Source of the DNA: Pyrobaculum aerophilum str. IM2 | Lineage (GTDB): Archaea > Thermoproteota > Thermoprotei > Thermoproteales > Thermoproteaceae | Direction: 5' to 3' | Length of the DNA: 32,000 nt | Assembly: GCF_000007225.1 (NCBI RefSeq) | Contig: NC_003364.1 | Location: 390,001-422,000, forward strand | Part shown: positions 1 to 9,273 of the stretch, one piece after another | Layout: each line of letters opens with the position of its first letter | Position numbering within the stretch: the stretch's first letter is position 1 | Notes under the pieces: model-generated | Databases searched by the model: none | What the model was told of the DNA's origin: nothing | The model's input: only the letters and a program-made list of their open reading frames with translations | Position numbers and translations under genes: made by a program

Positions 1-363
1 GAAATGCTTAGGAGAATTGTCCCGCGGGGCACGATTCTAAGAGAGGTTTACACAGAGGCGTATTATCACGGCGGCACTTACGCAAGACAAGTAGGATCGT
101 ACCCACTCCTCGTGTACGTACCCACTAGGCTGCACCTGGGGAGGTATGTGGATGTCGTCGTCGTCGACCATGGAGCCCGTAGCGTGTTGGCCGTGCCGTA
201 TCCTGTCAGTGTGAATACGGCGGGTAAGAGGGTGTTAAAACACGTCCCCGGCATTACGCGGGAAAAGCTGACAACAATAATAAAGGAGAGGCCGTTTAAA
301 TCTCTAGACGAGCTGAGGGAGAAAGTAGGCGACGGCGAGTATCTCAACTACGTTGCTCTTTAA
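1..363 (+). CDS. 3' end of a gene truncated by the window edge. It has a TRAM/OB-like beta segment followed by a helix-hairpin-helix tail, possibly the C-terminus of a radical-SAM/MiaB-type enzyme.
   Basis: Frame 1 is open from nt 1 to TAA at 361-363. The pattern GRYVDVVVVDHGARSVLAV resembles a TRAM barrel and LKHVPGITREKLTTIIKERPFKSLDEL resembles an HhH. The function is a guess. Confidence 0.45.
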   Translation, partial: EMLRRIVPRGTILREVYTEAYYHGGTYARQVGSYPLLVYVPTRLHLGRYVDVVVVDHGARSVLAVPYPVSVNTAGKRVLKHVPGITREKLTTIIKERPFKSLDELREKVGDGEYLNYVAL

Positions 364-559
364 GTTTATACGCCACATACAGCGTGAAGGCTAGAAAGAC
401 TGTTGTAATTATGACGTACAGATTTACCTTAGCCTCCCCTATGGAGATATCTGGAGTCCTAAGCCCCAGTGCGGCGAGCAGTAGGAAGTATATGGCTATC
501 CCCAGGGAAAAGCCGGCGTATGCATATATTGTCTTCACAGGCGGACACAACTTCCGCAA
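344..559 (-). CDS. Small two-helix membrane protein (64-71 aa)
   Basis: Two hydrophobic segments (FSLGIAIYFLLLAALGL and LYVIITTVFLAFTLYVAY). It has a non-ATG start (TTG 559 or GTG 538). A TATA-like TGTATAAGTA lies about 26 nt upstream, and the ORF sits 8 nt downstream of pth on the same strand. Confidence 0.4.
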   Translation of the reverse strand: MRKLCPPVKTIYAYAGFSLGIAIYFLLLAALGLRTPDISIGEAKVNLYVIITTVFLAFTLYVAYKLKEQRS

Positions 560-567
560 TTTATACT

Positions 568-930
568 TTACTTATACAGCTTCAGCGAGCCGGTGACTTT
601 ATCAACTAACTCGTCGGGGGCCGGCCCCACACATATGGCGGTGGGAGTGCCAGGCGGTAATTCAGTCAACCCGGCGTCTATTACTACGGCAGTTGGCAAT
701 CCGAGGGACTTGGCCCTCTCGTGAAGCTGGTACAAATGAGCGGCGTCGTCAGCCGTGAGCACAATTTTCTTCTGCCCCTCCTCTAGCCACTGGTCAAGCC
801 ACTTGCGCCACTTCGCATCTCCCATGGCGGCCAGCACGCACTCCACAGCGGCGTGTCCCGCCTGCGCCGCCGCCTTGCCGCACGAGATTTTCAAATCCCC
901 CCTAATGGCTATAGTCATTTTCACGTCCAT
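568..930 (-). CDS. pth: Archaeal-type peptidyl-tRNA hydrolase (Pth2)
   Basis: The C-terminal 116-120 aa of the 190-aa ORF match the Pth2 pattern (IRGDLKISCGKAAAQAGHAA ... VIDAGLTELPPGTPTAICVGP). Start is ATG 930, or ATG 918 which fits the TATA at 943-952 better. The longer ORF would run into the protease gene. Confidence 0.85.
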   Translation of the reverse strand: MDVKMTIAIRGDLKISCGKAAAQAGHAAVECVLAAMGDAKWRKWLDQWLEEGQKKIVLTADDAAHLYQLHERAKSLGLPTAVVIDAGLTELPPGTPTAICVGPAPDELVDKVTGSLKLYK

Positions 931-997
931 ATTTACTCTGCCTAAATATAAGCTTAAAGCGAAATAATGCTTAAATATAGTTTGAACTTCACAGTTT

Positions 998-3900
998 ATG
1001 AACTCGAAATATCTATTCGCAGTTATAATATTCGCCACAATATTTCTATACGCCCAGACGCCGAAGATATCAGGCGCAAACCCCGCAATATTAGACACAG
1101 ACACCCCAGTGTTGGCCAAAATCACGGTGTCTGACATCAACGCCCTCGCTTCGCAGTTTAAAACAACGCCGAAGATACAAAAAGTTAAAGTAATGGGAAA
1201 GGAGACAAGCGTCGTCGCGATTTCAATAAACGGTTTAAATATCCAAGGTAGGCTCGACGGGACGTCTGCCTCCCTTTACTACAAGGGCCCCGCCAAGGCC
1301 TTAAGGGAGATCGCCAAGTCTCCCCACGTCCAGTCCGTTTTCATAAAGGTAATCCCGGAGATCCCGCCCAGAGACTTTTTCGCCGATGCGGCGACTCTTT
1401 TTGAAAAGGGCCCGGGAGCTCCGCAACCAAACCTCCCGGTCATGAGGGAAATAATAGGGGCATCTAGGGTGGAGCAGCTGTTTGGCGTTAACGGCACTGG
1501 CGTGGTTATTGCAATTGTGGATACAGGCGTCGACTACGGCCACCCGGATCTCCAAGACGCCTTGGCTTGGCTAATCAAGACCTCCGACGGCAAGGAAATA
1601 ATAGCCGCGTCTATAGCTACGACAGGCACGTCGTTACAATACAAGACGCTGAAGGGACAGACGGCAACTATACCTCTTAGCCAAATCTCCAGCGTTGAGC
1701 CCCTTGTTCTTGACGCCGACGAGTCACAAGTGCTCATCCTAGAGAGCTTTACTGCATCGGGCGGATATATAGCCACAAGCGGAATGACGTTCGCCGTAAT
1801 AGACGGGCCTACGCTTGAATTCGTAAACGCCACGTGTAATTATAAAGTGGCTGGGCTCGTTAGCAAAAGCGGGGTGTATAAATTCGGGATGACTAGTCTC
1901 TTCATTCCCTGGTACGGCGGTTATGTACAAGTCGGCGTGGTAATGTACGACCCCGACCAGCCTGGCCTCTACACGGCGGCTCGCGTCGACATAAATAATA
2001 ACTGCGACTTTACCGACGACCCAGAGCTGAGGTATTACGGCAATAGGCTAATAGTGGACAGCCAGTCGTCGCCTACCGTCAGCTTAGGCGTGGCAGGCGG
2101 CTATTTCTACGACTGGGGCCTTTGGTTTGATATATATGCCAGGTTCTACCCCGGCTGGGATCTCGCCGGCAATTACCTCAGTATTTTCTATGACTTTAAC
2201 AGCCACGGCACGGCCTGTAGCTCCGTGGCGGCCGGCAGGGGTAAGGCCGTGTATAACTTGGGCTATTTAGGCCAGCAGAGACTGAGGGGCATAGCCCCCG
2301 GCGCTAAGGTGTTAGGCGTGAAGGGCTTGTGGTGGGGGATGGTGGAGCCCGGCATGATGTGGGCCGCCGGCTTTGACGTAAATTCAGAGGGCCAGTGGTA
2401 CTGGACGGGGCAGAAGAGGGTCCACGTTATTAGCAACAGCTGGGGTATCTCGACGTTTATTTACGACTATGCTGCGTTTGGCTACGACTTTGAATCCGCC
2501 GTAATTAACGCCTTAGCCACGCCAGGTTTTCTCGATAGAAATTACCCAGGCATAGTAATTGTACAAGCCGGCGGCAACGGCGGCTACGGCTTTGGAACTA
2601 TCACCAGCCCAGGGGCGGCGGTTGGCGCAATTACAGTTGGGGCCGCCACTAGCGGCCACTTCTGGCTGGCCCTTGGAATACCGTTTAACGGCTTTAGGTG
2701 GGGAGATATTATAAGCTGGTCGCTCAGAGGGCCCACTCCTGCTGGCTACGTAAAACCCGACGTAGTTAACATAGGCGCCTTCGGCATTGCGGCATATCCA
2801 GTGGGCTGGGGGAGATATTACTACGGCATACCAGAGGACTGGGATATTTTCGGCGGCACGTCTCAAGCCACGCCGCTAACAGCCGGCGTGGTCGCGCTGG
2901 TGTTGAGCTCTATCGCCGATAAGGCAGATCCGGCGTCTGTCGATCCCTTCTTAGTCAGACAATTTATAGCCAGCACTGCCGTGGATATCGGCTATACTCC
3001 GTACACGGCCGGCCACGGCTTTGTTAACGCCACCTCTGCAGTAATCGCCGCCCGGTCTTATTTCGGCTTGCCAGCGCCTAAGGCACCCGTCGTGTTGTTT
3101 AGTACAAACTCTAGGGTTAATCTCGGCGCTTCTTGGGACTTCCAGTGGAGAGTGAACATACCGCTTTACTTCGGCTATTTGCTAAACAATATTCTAACTA
3201 CTCAATGGGCCACTTACCTCCAGATAGGCGTCCCGCAGCCGAATATCGGAATGACTACTCTATACTTATCCGCCATACCCGGCGGACAGGGCGTTGGCCA
3301 GATAACTGTGAGAGCCGTGAATTCCCCGCTGTCAGTCTCCGCATCTGCCGTGGCGCTCACGCCAGTTTATAAAAAGTTGGTAGTGGTGAACATACCGGTT
3401 AGAACTGCCGGCGGGTATTTCACTATGCAACAATTGGGCTTTGATGAGAACGCCCTGAGACAGGCCGATTTAGTCGTGTTCAGAATGGCTTATAGCTTTT
3501 CGGCCTTCGACCCAGAGTTTAATTACGCCGAGAACACCAGGCCCGTGCTCTGGATCTTCGGGTGGGCGGACTTAAACGGCGACGGGGCCATTTCAGCTAA
3601 CGAGCTGACGTGGATTAACTACGGCTATCAGCGGGGCACGGCAACGGAGGTTCCAGTGTCAAAGCCGTCTACTAAACTGTTGCCCAATCAGAGGCTAGTG
3701 CTAAGAATCGACGTGAGGCCTGTGAGGGCGCCCTATCCGCCGTCTGTGCCCGTGACTGTAGAGGTCGTGGCTTACAAGAGGACTCCGGCGCCAGACGTTC
3801 AAGTATTGCCAGCCGGCGTTGTACTGTCCCGCGGCCAGAGCTTCACATTTACTGTGGCGGTAAGGCCGCCTCCAAGCGCGGCCCCTACGGCTTACGAGCG

Positions 3901-4774
3901 GCTTATAGTGTTTAACATTAACGGCACGAATTACGTCGTCCCGCTGAGCTATGTGGTAAGGGCCAGCGTGCCGGTTAATACAGCCTATACCCTCACTGCC
4001 GGCAGATCTGACAGCTGGTATAACGCCAGCGAGGTGAGGGGAGGAAACGACTGGGCTTGGAGGTATGAGTCGGGCGACTGGCGCGTCTTTTACATATCCA
4101 CGCCGACGCTAGCAAGGGGATTATACGTAGACTTCGCTTGGAGATGTGCCAATACTTCGCTGGTAGTATATACCCTCGCTGGGGACGGCTTCTTCGCTGG
4201 CTACTTCTGGAACCAGGGCGCGTCATTCCACAGGCACCTCGGCTCCGGCAAGTTTATGTGGACAGGTACTGGCGGCCAGACTAGAATTGTGGCGCTACCG
4301 TCAGCCTCATTTGCTGTGCCCATATCTGTTAATGGTTATGTCTATTCCACAATGTCGGCCTCATATCCCGTGTCTGCAAGCAGGAGTTTTACTGTAGTGG
4401 TGAGAACGTCTTTATACGGCGGCTGTGGCACCGGCGAGGTTATTAATGGAGTGGCGAGGCCGTTTATTGAGCCTAGCGATGTTCCCATTATATTCACCAG
4501 CGCCCCGTTTGCGAGGACTGCCCTCAGCAGACCGCCCATAGACTATCTACTTGCGATTAAGTCAGCCTCAGTTCTTGGCGGCGGATTTGTGGTGCCCATG
4601 GCGACTTGGGGCCAAGACCTCAGATTTAATATGTACTTAATTAAGACGCCGCTATTCCTCGACTACGTTGCCTTGCTCTACTCTCCTACATATGCCACGT
4701 GGTATAGGACTGGCGGCAATAACTTCGGCAGGTATCCCTGGTACGCCGTTGAGGGAGTTTCGGTAATAAGCTAG
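998..4774 (+). CDS. Secreted pyrolysin-type subtilisin-like serine protease (peptidase S8), 1258 aa
   Basis: N-terminal signal-like helix. Catalytic triad motifs are VDTGVD (D175, nt 1520-1522), SHGTACSS (H403, nt 2204-2206) and GGTSQATP (S622, nt 2861-2863), with oxyanion SNSWG. TATA TTAAATATAG at 971-980. Confidence 0.9.
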   Translation: MNSKYLFAVIIFATIFLYAQTPKISGANPAILDTDTPVLAKITVSDINALASQFKTTPKIQKVKVMGKETSVVAISINGLNIQGRLDGTSASLYYKGPAKALREIAKSPHVQSVFIKVIPEIPPRDFFADAATLFEKGPGAPQPNLPVMREIIGASRVEQLFGVNGTGVVIAIVDTGVDYGHPDLQDALAWLIKTSDGKEIIAASIATTGTSLQYKTLKGQTATIPLSQISSVEPLVLDADESQVLILESFTASGGYIATSGMTFAVIDGPTLEFVNATCNYKVAGLVSKSGVYKFGMTSLFIPWYGGYVQVGVVMYDPDQPGLYTAARVDINNNCDFTDDPELRYYGNRLIVDSQSSPTVSLGVAGGYFYDWGLWFDIYARFYPGWDLAGNYLSIFYDFNSHGTACSSVAAGRGKAVYNLGYLGQQRLRGIAPGAKVLGVKGLWWGMVEPGMMWAAGFDVNSEGQWYWTGQKRVHVISNSWGISTFIYDYAAFGYDFESAVINALATPGFLDRNYPGIVIVQAGGNGGYGFGTITSPGAAVGAITVGAATSGHFWLALGIPFNGFRWGDIISWSLRGPTPAGYVKPDVVNIGAFGIAAYPVGWGRYYYGIPEDWDIFGGTSQATPLTAGVVALVLSSIADKADPASVDPFLVRQFIASTAVDIGYTPYTAGHGFVNATSAVIAARSYFGLPAPKAPVVLFSTNSRVNLGASWDFQWRVNIPLYFGYLLNNILTTQWATYLQIGVPQPNIGMTTLYLSAIPGGQGVGQITVRAVNSPLSVSASAVALTPVYKKLVVVNIPVRTAGGYFTMQQLGFDENALRQADLVVFRMAYSFSAFDPEFNYAENTRPVLWIFGWADLNGDGAISANELTWINYGYQRGTATEVPVSKPSTKLLPNQRLVLRIDVRPVRAPYPPSVPVTVEVVAYKRTPAPDVQVLPAGVVLSRGQSFTFTVAVRPPPSAAPTAYERLIVFNINGTNYVVPLSYVVRASVPVNTAYTLTAGRSDSWYNASEVRGGNDWAWRYESGDWRVFYISTPTLARGLYVDFAWRCANTSLVVYTLAGDGFFAGYFWNQGASFHRHLGSGKFMWTGTGGQTRIVALPSASFAVPISVNGYVYSTMSASYPVSASRSFTVVVRTSLYGGCGTGEVINGVARPFIEPSDVPIIFTSAPFARTALSRPPIDYLLAIKSASVLGGGFVVPMATWGQDLRFNMYLIKTPLFLDYVALLYSPTYATWYRTGGNNFGRYPWYAVEGVSVIS

Positions 4775-5208
4775 ATCTTTTTTCCTATTATTTTCTCCGT
4801 CTCTAAGATTTTTCTCCAGGCTTTTAACAACACGGCCCTTGTCTCGTCCCGCGTTATTAGCTTTAAAGCCTCCTCTCTTGTGGCCCACGTGTAGGCGTCG
4901 TGTTCTTTTGACAAAACCACGTCTTTCTCCCTGCTACGGGCTAGGAAGTAAACCACCTCGCGGTATATAGTGCGGCCTTTTTTTGAGTATTTGTAGCGTA
5001 TTTCCTCTTTAAAAGCGGGTATAAGCTCCACCTTAAGCCCTGTCTCTTCCAGTATTTCTCTCACGGCGGCGGCCTCGTCTGTCTCATATAGGCGGACAAG
5101 GCCGTGGGGGAAGTCCCAGCCGTATTTTCCGTGTAGCAAGAGATAGAGTACGTCGCGGCTGTCTACTGTGTACACTACGGCGCCAGCGGAGCGCTCATAA
5201 AACTTCAC
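4771..5208 (-). CDS. Nudix hydrolase
   Basis: Nudix box GLVRLYETDEAAAVREILEETGL (G-x5-E-x7-REUxEExGU). It converges on the protease gene and overlaps its end by 4 nt. Confidence 0.85.
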   Translation of the reverse strand: MKFYERSAGAVVYTVDSRDVLYLLLHGKYGWDFPHGLVRLYETDEAAAVREILEETGLKVELIPAFKEEIRYKYSKKGRTIYREVVYFLARSREKDVVLSKEHDAYTWATREEALKLITRDETRAVLLKAWRKILETEKIIGKKI

Positions 5209-5246
5209 ATAGGTAGAATTGTATTGGAGTTATATGTTTTGCTTTA

Positions 5247-5849
5247 CTATACTTTTAAACCGTATGGACAGAAATATTCTATACCCAGGTCTTTGTAGAG
5301 GGCAGATAAGGCGCCGTACATAATAACAGGCTTTCCCAGCTCTTTGGCTTTTCTAACCAATTCGGCTAGGTCTATATATTGCAATGCCCCCGGCGCTATT
5401 ACAACAACCTTCGCCTTTTCCACCCAGCTATGTGGGTTACTAACATCTATAAAATCATAGGGCAGAGTCTTTGCCTCCACGTCGGCCACTACGCCGTCTG
5501 TTAGAGTAAGTAAAACGCTTGCAACGCTATTGTTGAAACCTATTAAAAGAACTGGTCCTCCGTATCTTGACAATACATATTCGGCGAGTTTTTTACTACA
5601 CCTGCCCGATTCTCTCTGTCGGCACACTTCTATTCTCTTCAAGCCCCTCTCTCTCTGTCTGTTTAATACGTCTAGACACGTCTTTAAAGCTGGGTTTTTC
5701 TCGGCCTCTTCAATTGGATAACGGCCCGGGGCCACCTCTGCGCTTATGGGAACATCTGCACATACGTCGTCTATACAACATTTAGCGAGAACTTGTCCCT
5801 CGCATATGTCTATCCCCTCGCGTCTTATCCACATTACAGACAAGGACAC
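5247..5849 (-). CDS. Conserved-looking hypothetical protein with a Cys-rich N-terminus and a Rossmann-like C-terminal half (possibly DUF364-like)
   Basis: 200-aa ORF with a TATA-like TTTAAAT about 30 nt upstream. The C-terminal pattern VVVIAPGALQYIDLAELV...GKPVIMYGALSALY resembles putative chelatase-like Rossmann domains. The family assignment is uncertain. Confidence 0.55.
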   Translation of the reverse strand: MSLSVMWIRREGIDICEGQVLAKCCIDDVCADVPISAEVAPGRYPIEEAEKNPALKTCLDVLNRQRERGLKRIEVCRQRESGRCSKKLAEYVLSRYGGPVLLIGFNNSVASVLLTLTDGVVADVEAKTLPYDFIDVSNPHSWVEKAKVVVIAPGALQYIDLAELVRKAKELGKPVIMYGALSALYKDLGIEYFCPYGLKV

Positions 5850-5969
5850 TCCCTAATCTGGATTTGAAAATTTAAACCTTGTAGTCTTGTAAAAGCCGCA
5901 AATAATCACGTAGAGGCTTTACGCGATAGTCGAAGTATAGTATTAATTATAACTCGTGAAATATAAGTT

Positions 5970-7715
5970 ATGGATATTTTGAAATACGACCTCGTAATAA
6001 TAGGTTCCGGCATAGCGGGTTTACGCGCGGCCACAGCGGCAGCTTGGGCTAGTGGCGGGAAGATATCAATTGCAATATTGTCTAAAATTCAGGCAATGCG
6101 TAGCCACAGCCTTTCGGCAGAGGGGGGGATGTCTGCGGTTTTGTACCCAGACAAGACGAAGGACTCACTAGACTTACACGCATACGACACTGTAAAGGGC
6201 AGCGACTTTCTTGCAGATCAAGACGCGGTAGAGATCCTAGTTGAGTACGCGCCGAAAGAAGTGCGTTATCTAGAAAGAATCGGCGTTCCCTGGACTAGGG
6301 AGCCAGACGGCAGAATTTCGCAGAGGCCTTTTGGAGGCATGTCAATCCCGAGGACTACCTTTGCAGCTGACAAGACGGGCTTCTTTATAATGTCTACTCT
6401 ATTTTCAGAGACGAGAAGGTTTGACAACATTCACGTTTATCACGAACATTTTGTGACTAAGTTTATTATAGAGGATGGGGTATTTAAAGGCGTCACTGCC
6501 TACGATTTAAAAAGGGGGGAGTTCAAGCTTTTCTATGCCAAGGCCGGCATAATAGCGACAGGAGGCGCCGGGAGGCTGTACCGCTTCACAACAACTGCGC
6601 ATTCTACTACTGGCGAGACTTTAGGATATGCCTTAAGGGCCGGGCTCGCCATTAAAGACATGGAGTTTGTGCAGTGGCACCCAACCGCGCTAGTTCCCAG
6701 CGGAATACTAGTAAGCGAGGCCGCCAGGGGTGAGGGGGGCTACCTCATAAATAAAGAGGGAGAGCGGTTCATGAAGAGATATGCGCCGCAGAGAATGGAG
6801 CTAGCCCCGAGAGACATTGTATCTAGGGCCATTTTAACTGAATGCATGGAGGGGAGGGGGTTTCAGCACGAGTCTGGCATGTGTTACGTGGGGTTAGATC
6901 TAAGACATTTAGGCGAGGAGAAAATAAACAAGAGAATTCCGTTTATTCGCGAGCTGGCCCATAAATATGCCGGCATTGACGTGCTCTCTGAGCCAATACC
7001 AGTGAGGCCTGCTGTCCATTACACAATGGGAGGCATCCACACGGACACATGGGGCCGCGTGTTGACAGCAGATGGGAGGTGGGTCAGAGGTCTGTGGGCA
7101 GCCGGCGAGGCGGCTGCCGTAAGCGTACACGGAGCAAATAGGCTTGGCTCTAACTCCTTAAGCGAGTGCTCTGTATGGGGCAGGCTGACGGGAGAGCAGG
7201 CGGCTAAGTACATACTCGAGACGCCTCCGCTTTCCTCGCCCGACGGTAAATTAATAGAGGCGGCAGAAAAGGAAGAAAGCAGAGTTTTTGACAGACTGTT
7301 ACACAAAGAGGTCAACTCAATTTCGCCATATGAGGTAAAGAGAAAACTTAATGATATAATGGAAGAGCACTTTGGGCCCTTTAGACACGGATCCTCAATG
7401 GCAGAAGGACTAGCCAAGCTTAAAAAATTAAGAGAAATCACTTCGTTCCGCGTCGAGGATAGTAGCAGAGTGTATAACCAGAATTTAAAAGACGCATTGG
7501 AAATAGACGGCATGCTGGACTTAGCCTTAGTATTGGGCATTGGGGCTTACGCTAGGACGGAGTCGCGAGGAGCTCATTACAGACTTGATTTTCCAAAGAG
7601 AGATGATGTAAATTGGCTAAAGCATACAGTTGCATATCTACACGGGGGCGAGATAAAATTAACTTATACCCCGGTTACTATAACAAAATGGCAACCAGAG
7701 GAAAGGAAGTATTGA
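5970..7715 (+). CDS. sdhA: Succinate dehydrogenase/fumarate reductase flavoprotein subunit
   Basis: FAD dinucleotide fold [15 protein letters not shown], covalent-FAD histidine context [10 protein letters not shown], and HYTMGGI and RGAHYR motifs. Confidence 0.95.
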   Translation: MDILKYDLVIIGSGIAGLRAATAAAWASGGKISIAILSKIQAMRSHSLSAEGGMSAVLYPDKTKDSLDLHAYDTVKGSDFLADQDAVEILVEYAPKEVRYLERIGVPWTREPDGRISQRPFGGMSIPRTTFAADKTGFFIMSTLFSETRRFDNIHVYHEHFVTKFIIEDGVFKGVTAYDLKRGEFKLFYAKAGIIATGGAGRLYRFTTTAHSTTGETLGYALRAGLAIKDMEFVQWHPTALVPSGILVSEAARGEGGYLINKEGERFMKRYAPQRMELAPRDIVSRAILTECMEGRGFQHESGMCYVGLDLRHLGEEKINKRIPFIRELAHKYAGIDVLSEPIPVRPAVHYTMGGIHTDTWGRVLTADGRWVRGLWAAGEAAAVSVHGANRLGSNSLSECSVWGRLTGEQAAKYILETPPLSSPDGKLIEAAEKEESRVFDRLLHKEVNSISPYEVKRKLNDIMEEHFGPFRHGSSMAEGLAKLKKLREITSFRVEDSSRVYNQNLKDALEIDGMLDLALVLGIGAYARTESRGAHYRLDFPKRDDVNWLKHTVAYLHGGEIKLTYTPVTITKWQPEERKY

Positions 7716-7716
7716 T

Positions 7717-8430
7717 ATGAAGATCGTAACTGTAAAGGTTAAAAGATTTGACGGAAAGAAGAGCTGGTGGCAAGAGTATAAAGTAGAGGTACCCTCCAAG
7801 CGTATTTCCGTCTTAGACGTGCTTTTGAAAATAAAAGAGGAGCAAGATCCCACTCTCGCAGTACGTTATAGTTGCCGCATGGCTATATGCGGATCTTGCG
7901 GAATGGTTATAAACGGCGTGCCCCGCCTCGCTTGCCAGACGTTATTATCAGAGCTGGGCGACGGGCGCTTAGTAGTAGAGCCCATGTGGAACCACAGAGT
8001 GATTAAGGATTTAGTGGTAGACCTCGAGCCTGATTTTGAAAAAGTAAAGGCAGTTAAGCCTTATATCATACGCGACGTAAAAGAAATTTACGAAAGCGAC
8101 GTAGAGTTTGGACAAAAACCCGAGGACTTAGAGAAGTATTACAACTTTGCATACTGTATCCAATGCGGGCTATGTATGGCGGCATGTCCCATACTTGGAT
8201 CTAATGAGAAGTTTCTAGGCCCAATGGCATTGAACGCGGCGTATCGATGGAGCGCTGACAGCAGAGATAGGGGGTGGGAGGAGAGGAAAAAGATTATCGA
8301 TACCGAAGACGGCGTATGGCCGTGCCATCTAGCATATACTTGTAGCGCGGTGTGTCCACGCGGCGTTGATCCCGGTTATGCAATACAACTTCTAAAAGCT
8401 ACAATATTAAGGAGGAAGAGGAGGCCATGA
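7717..8430 (+). CDS. sdhB: Succinate dehydrogenase iron-sulfur subunit
   Basis: Three Cys clusters: CRMAICGSCGMVINGVPRLAC (2Fe-2S), CIQCGLCMAACP (4Fe-4S) and CHLAYTCSAVCP (3Fe-4S). It starts 2 nt after sdhA. Confidence 0.95.
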   Translation: MKIVTVKVKRFDGKKSWWQEYKVEVPSKRISVLDVLLKIKEEQDPTLAVRYSCRMAICGSCGMVINGVPRLACQTLLSELGDGRLVVEPMWNHRVIKDLVVDLEPDFEKVKAVKPYIIRDVKEIYESDVEFGQKPEDLEKYYNFAYCIQCGLCMAACPILGSNEKFLGPMALNAAYRWSADSRDRGWEERKKIIDTEDGVWPCHLAYTCSAVCPRGVDPGYAIQLLKATILRRKRRP

Positions 8431-8849
8431 GGGCGGGAATGGGAATAGGCGAGTGGTTCCGGCGTCTTAACTACGAGCGGCTCTTCTTCATATTACACAG
8501 ATTAACTGCAATTTACTTAGTACTGTACATATTCCCAAGGCCTTACCTCGTGCTCCTATACGGCTCATGGGAGGAGGCTCTTAAATTAGATATGACTCCA
8601 ATTGGCAAAATATTAGCGGCCATCTTCGTATTTTCCATCTTATTCCACGGAATAAATGGGTTGAGACTCGTGCTGATTGAGCTGGGAATAATTAAGGGGT
8701 GGCCTGTGCGCGATCCGATCAGCCCGAGGCCCGCATTAAGGGCGTCGGCCGCACACAAACTACTAATAGCTCTCACGGTTATTGGAACCATTATTGGATC
8801 AGCGCTGGGAATATACCTAGTGGCTTACGGAGCTGAGACGTGGCCATGA
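8427..8849 (+). CDS. sdhC: Succinate dehydrogenase membrane anchor (cytochrome b-like subunit C)
   Basis: ATGA overlap with sdhB. Three hydrophobic helices with a His in FHGINGLRL. The call is positional and topological. Confidence 0.75.
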   Translation: MRAGMGIGEWFRRLNYERLFFILHRLTAIYLVLYIFPRPYLVLLYGSWEEALKLDMTPIGKILAAIFVFSILFHGINGLRLVLIELGIIKGWPVRDPISPRPALRASAAHKLLIALTVIGTIIGSALGIYLVAYGAETWP

Positions 8850-9196
8850 AGGGGAGTACTGAGAGACTCATACTCATAATCGGCGCCTTTGTGATGATAA
8901 TAGGTATGCCCGCCGTGATAATTGCCGCAATCGCATTAGGCTATATACCGCTTCAAGACGCGTTAAGCACCAACCCGTTGGTAATTATCCCCTACGCCTT
9001 TGTCAAAATTGGGTGGGGGATAATATGGGCCGTAGTTGCGGTAGACTGGGTAGTACACGGCTCCCATGGAATGAGGAGGATATTAGGAGAGTTGGTTAAA
9101 AGCGAAAAGGGGAGGAAGGCTCTCGACATAATTATCAACGCGGTGATGATAATAACGGGCATAGTAATGTTCTATGTGTTGGTGTTCGTCCCTTAG
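8840..9196 (+). CDS. sdhD: Succinate dehydrogenase membrane anchor subunit D
   Basis: Three hydrophobic helices with His in VVHGSHGMRR. Start is GTG 8840 or, more likely, ATG 8846, which forms an ATGA overlap with the sdhC stop. Confidence 0.7.
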   Translation: MAMKGSTERLILIIGAFVMIIGMPAVIIAAIALGYIPLQDALSTNPLVIIPYAFVKIGWGIIWAVVAVDWVVHGSHGMRRILGELVKSEKGRKALDIIINAVMIITGIVMFYVLVFVP

Positions 9197-9245
9197 TCAG
9201 ACTTGGCGTCAGTCATCAAGAATCAGCAATACCAGCTAACATCAC
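9197..9245 (-). ncRNA. C/D box sRNA candidate 1
   Basis: Minus strand reads GTGATGT(C)-TAGCTGGTATTG-CTGA(D')-TTC-TTGATGA(C')-CTGACGCCAAGT-CTGA(D), giving two exact 12-nt guides. TATA-like ATAAATAAG at 9263-9271. Confidence 0.8.
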
Positions 9246-9273
9246 ACATATTTTTTGTCACACTTATTTATCT

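Noticed and set aside
931-1140. 70-aa N-terminal extension of the Pth2 ORF (the track gives 568..1140)
   Set aside because: The Pth2 family is about 115-120 aa. The extension has no family resemblance. It would also run through the protease gene's TATA and overlap its start at 998.
3140-3150. TTCCAGTGGAG, resembling the core of euryarchaeal and Aeropyrum ORB origin boxes
   Set aside because: It is a single copy deep inside the protease coding sequence, with no A+T tract or partner repeats. It is a coincidence.
7019-7540. 173-aa minus-strand ORF, and similar antisense ORFs at 15093..15569, 22155..22529, 23816..24166, 17881..18231, 18510..18905 and 1534..1833
   Set aside because: All lie opposite strongly supported genes (sdhA, the KaiC-like ATPase, mtnA, the methyltransferase, RFC and the protease) and have no motifs. 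They are shadow ORFs.
8891-9149. Perfect GTGATGA heptamers at 8891-8897 and 9143-9149
   Set aside because: Both are inside the sdhD coding frame. They lack D', C' or D boxes at the required 12-nt spacing.
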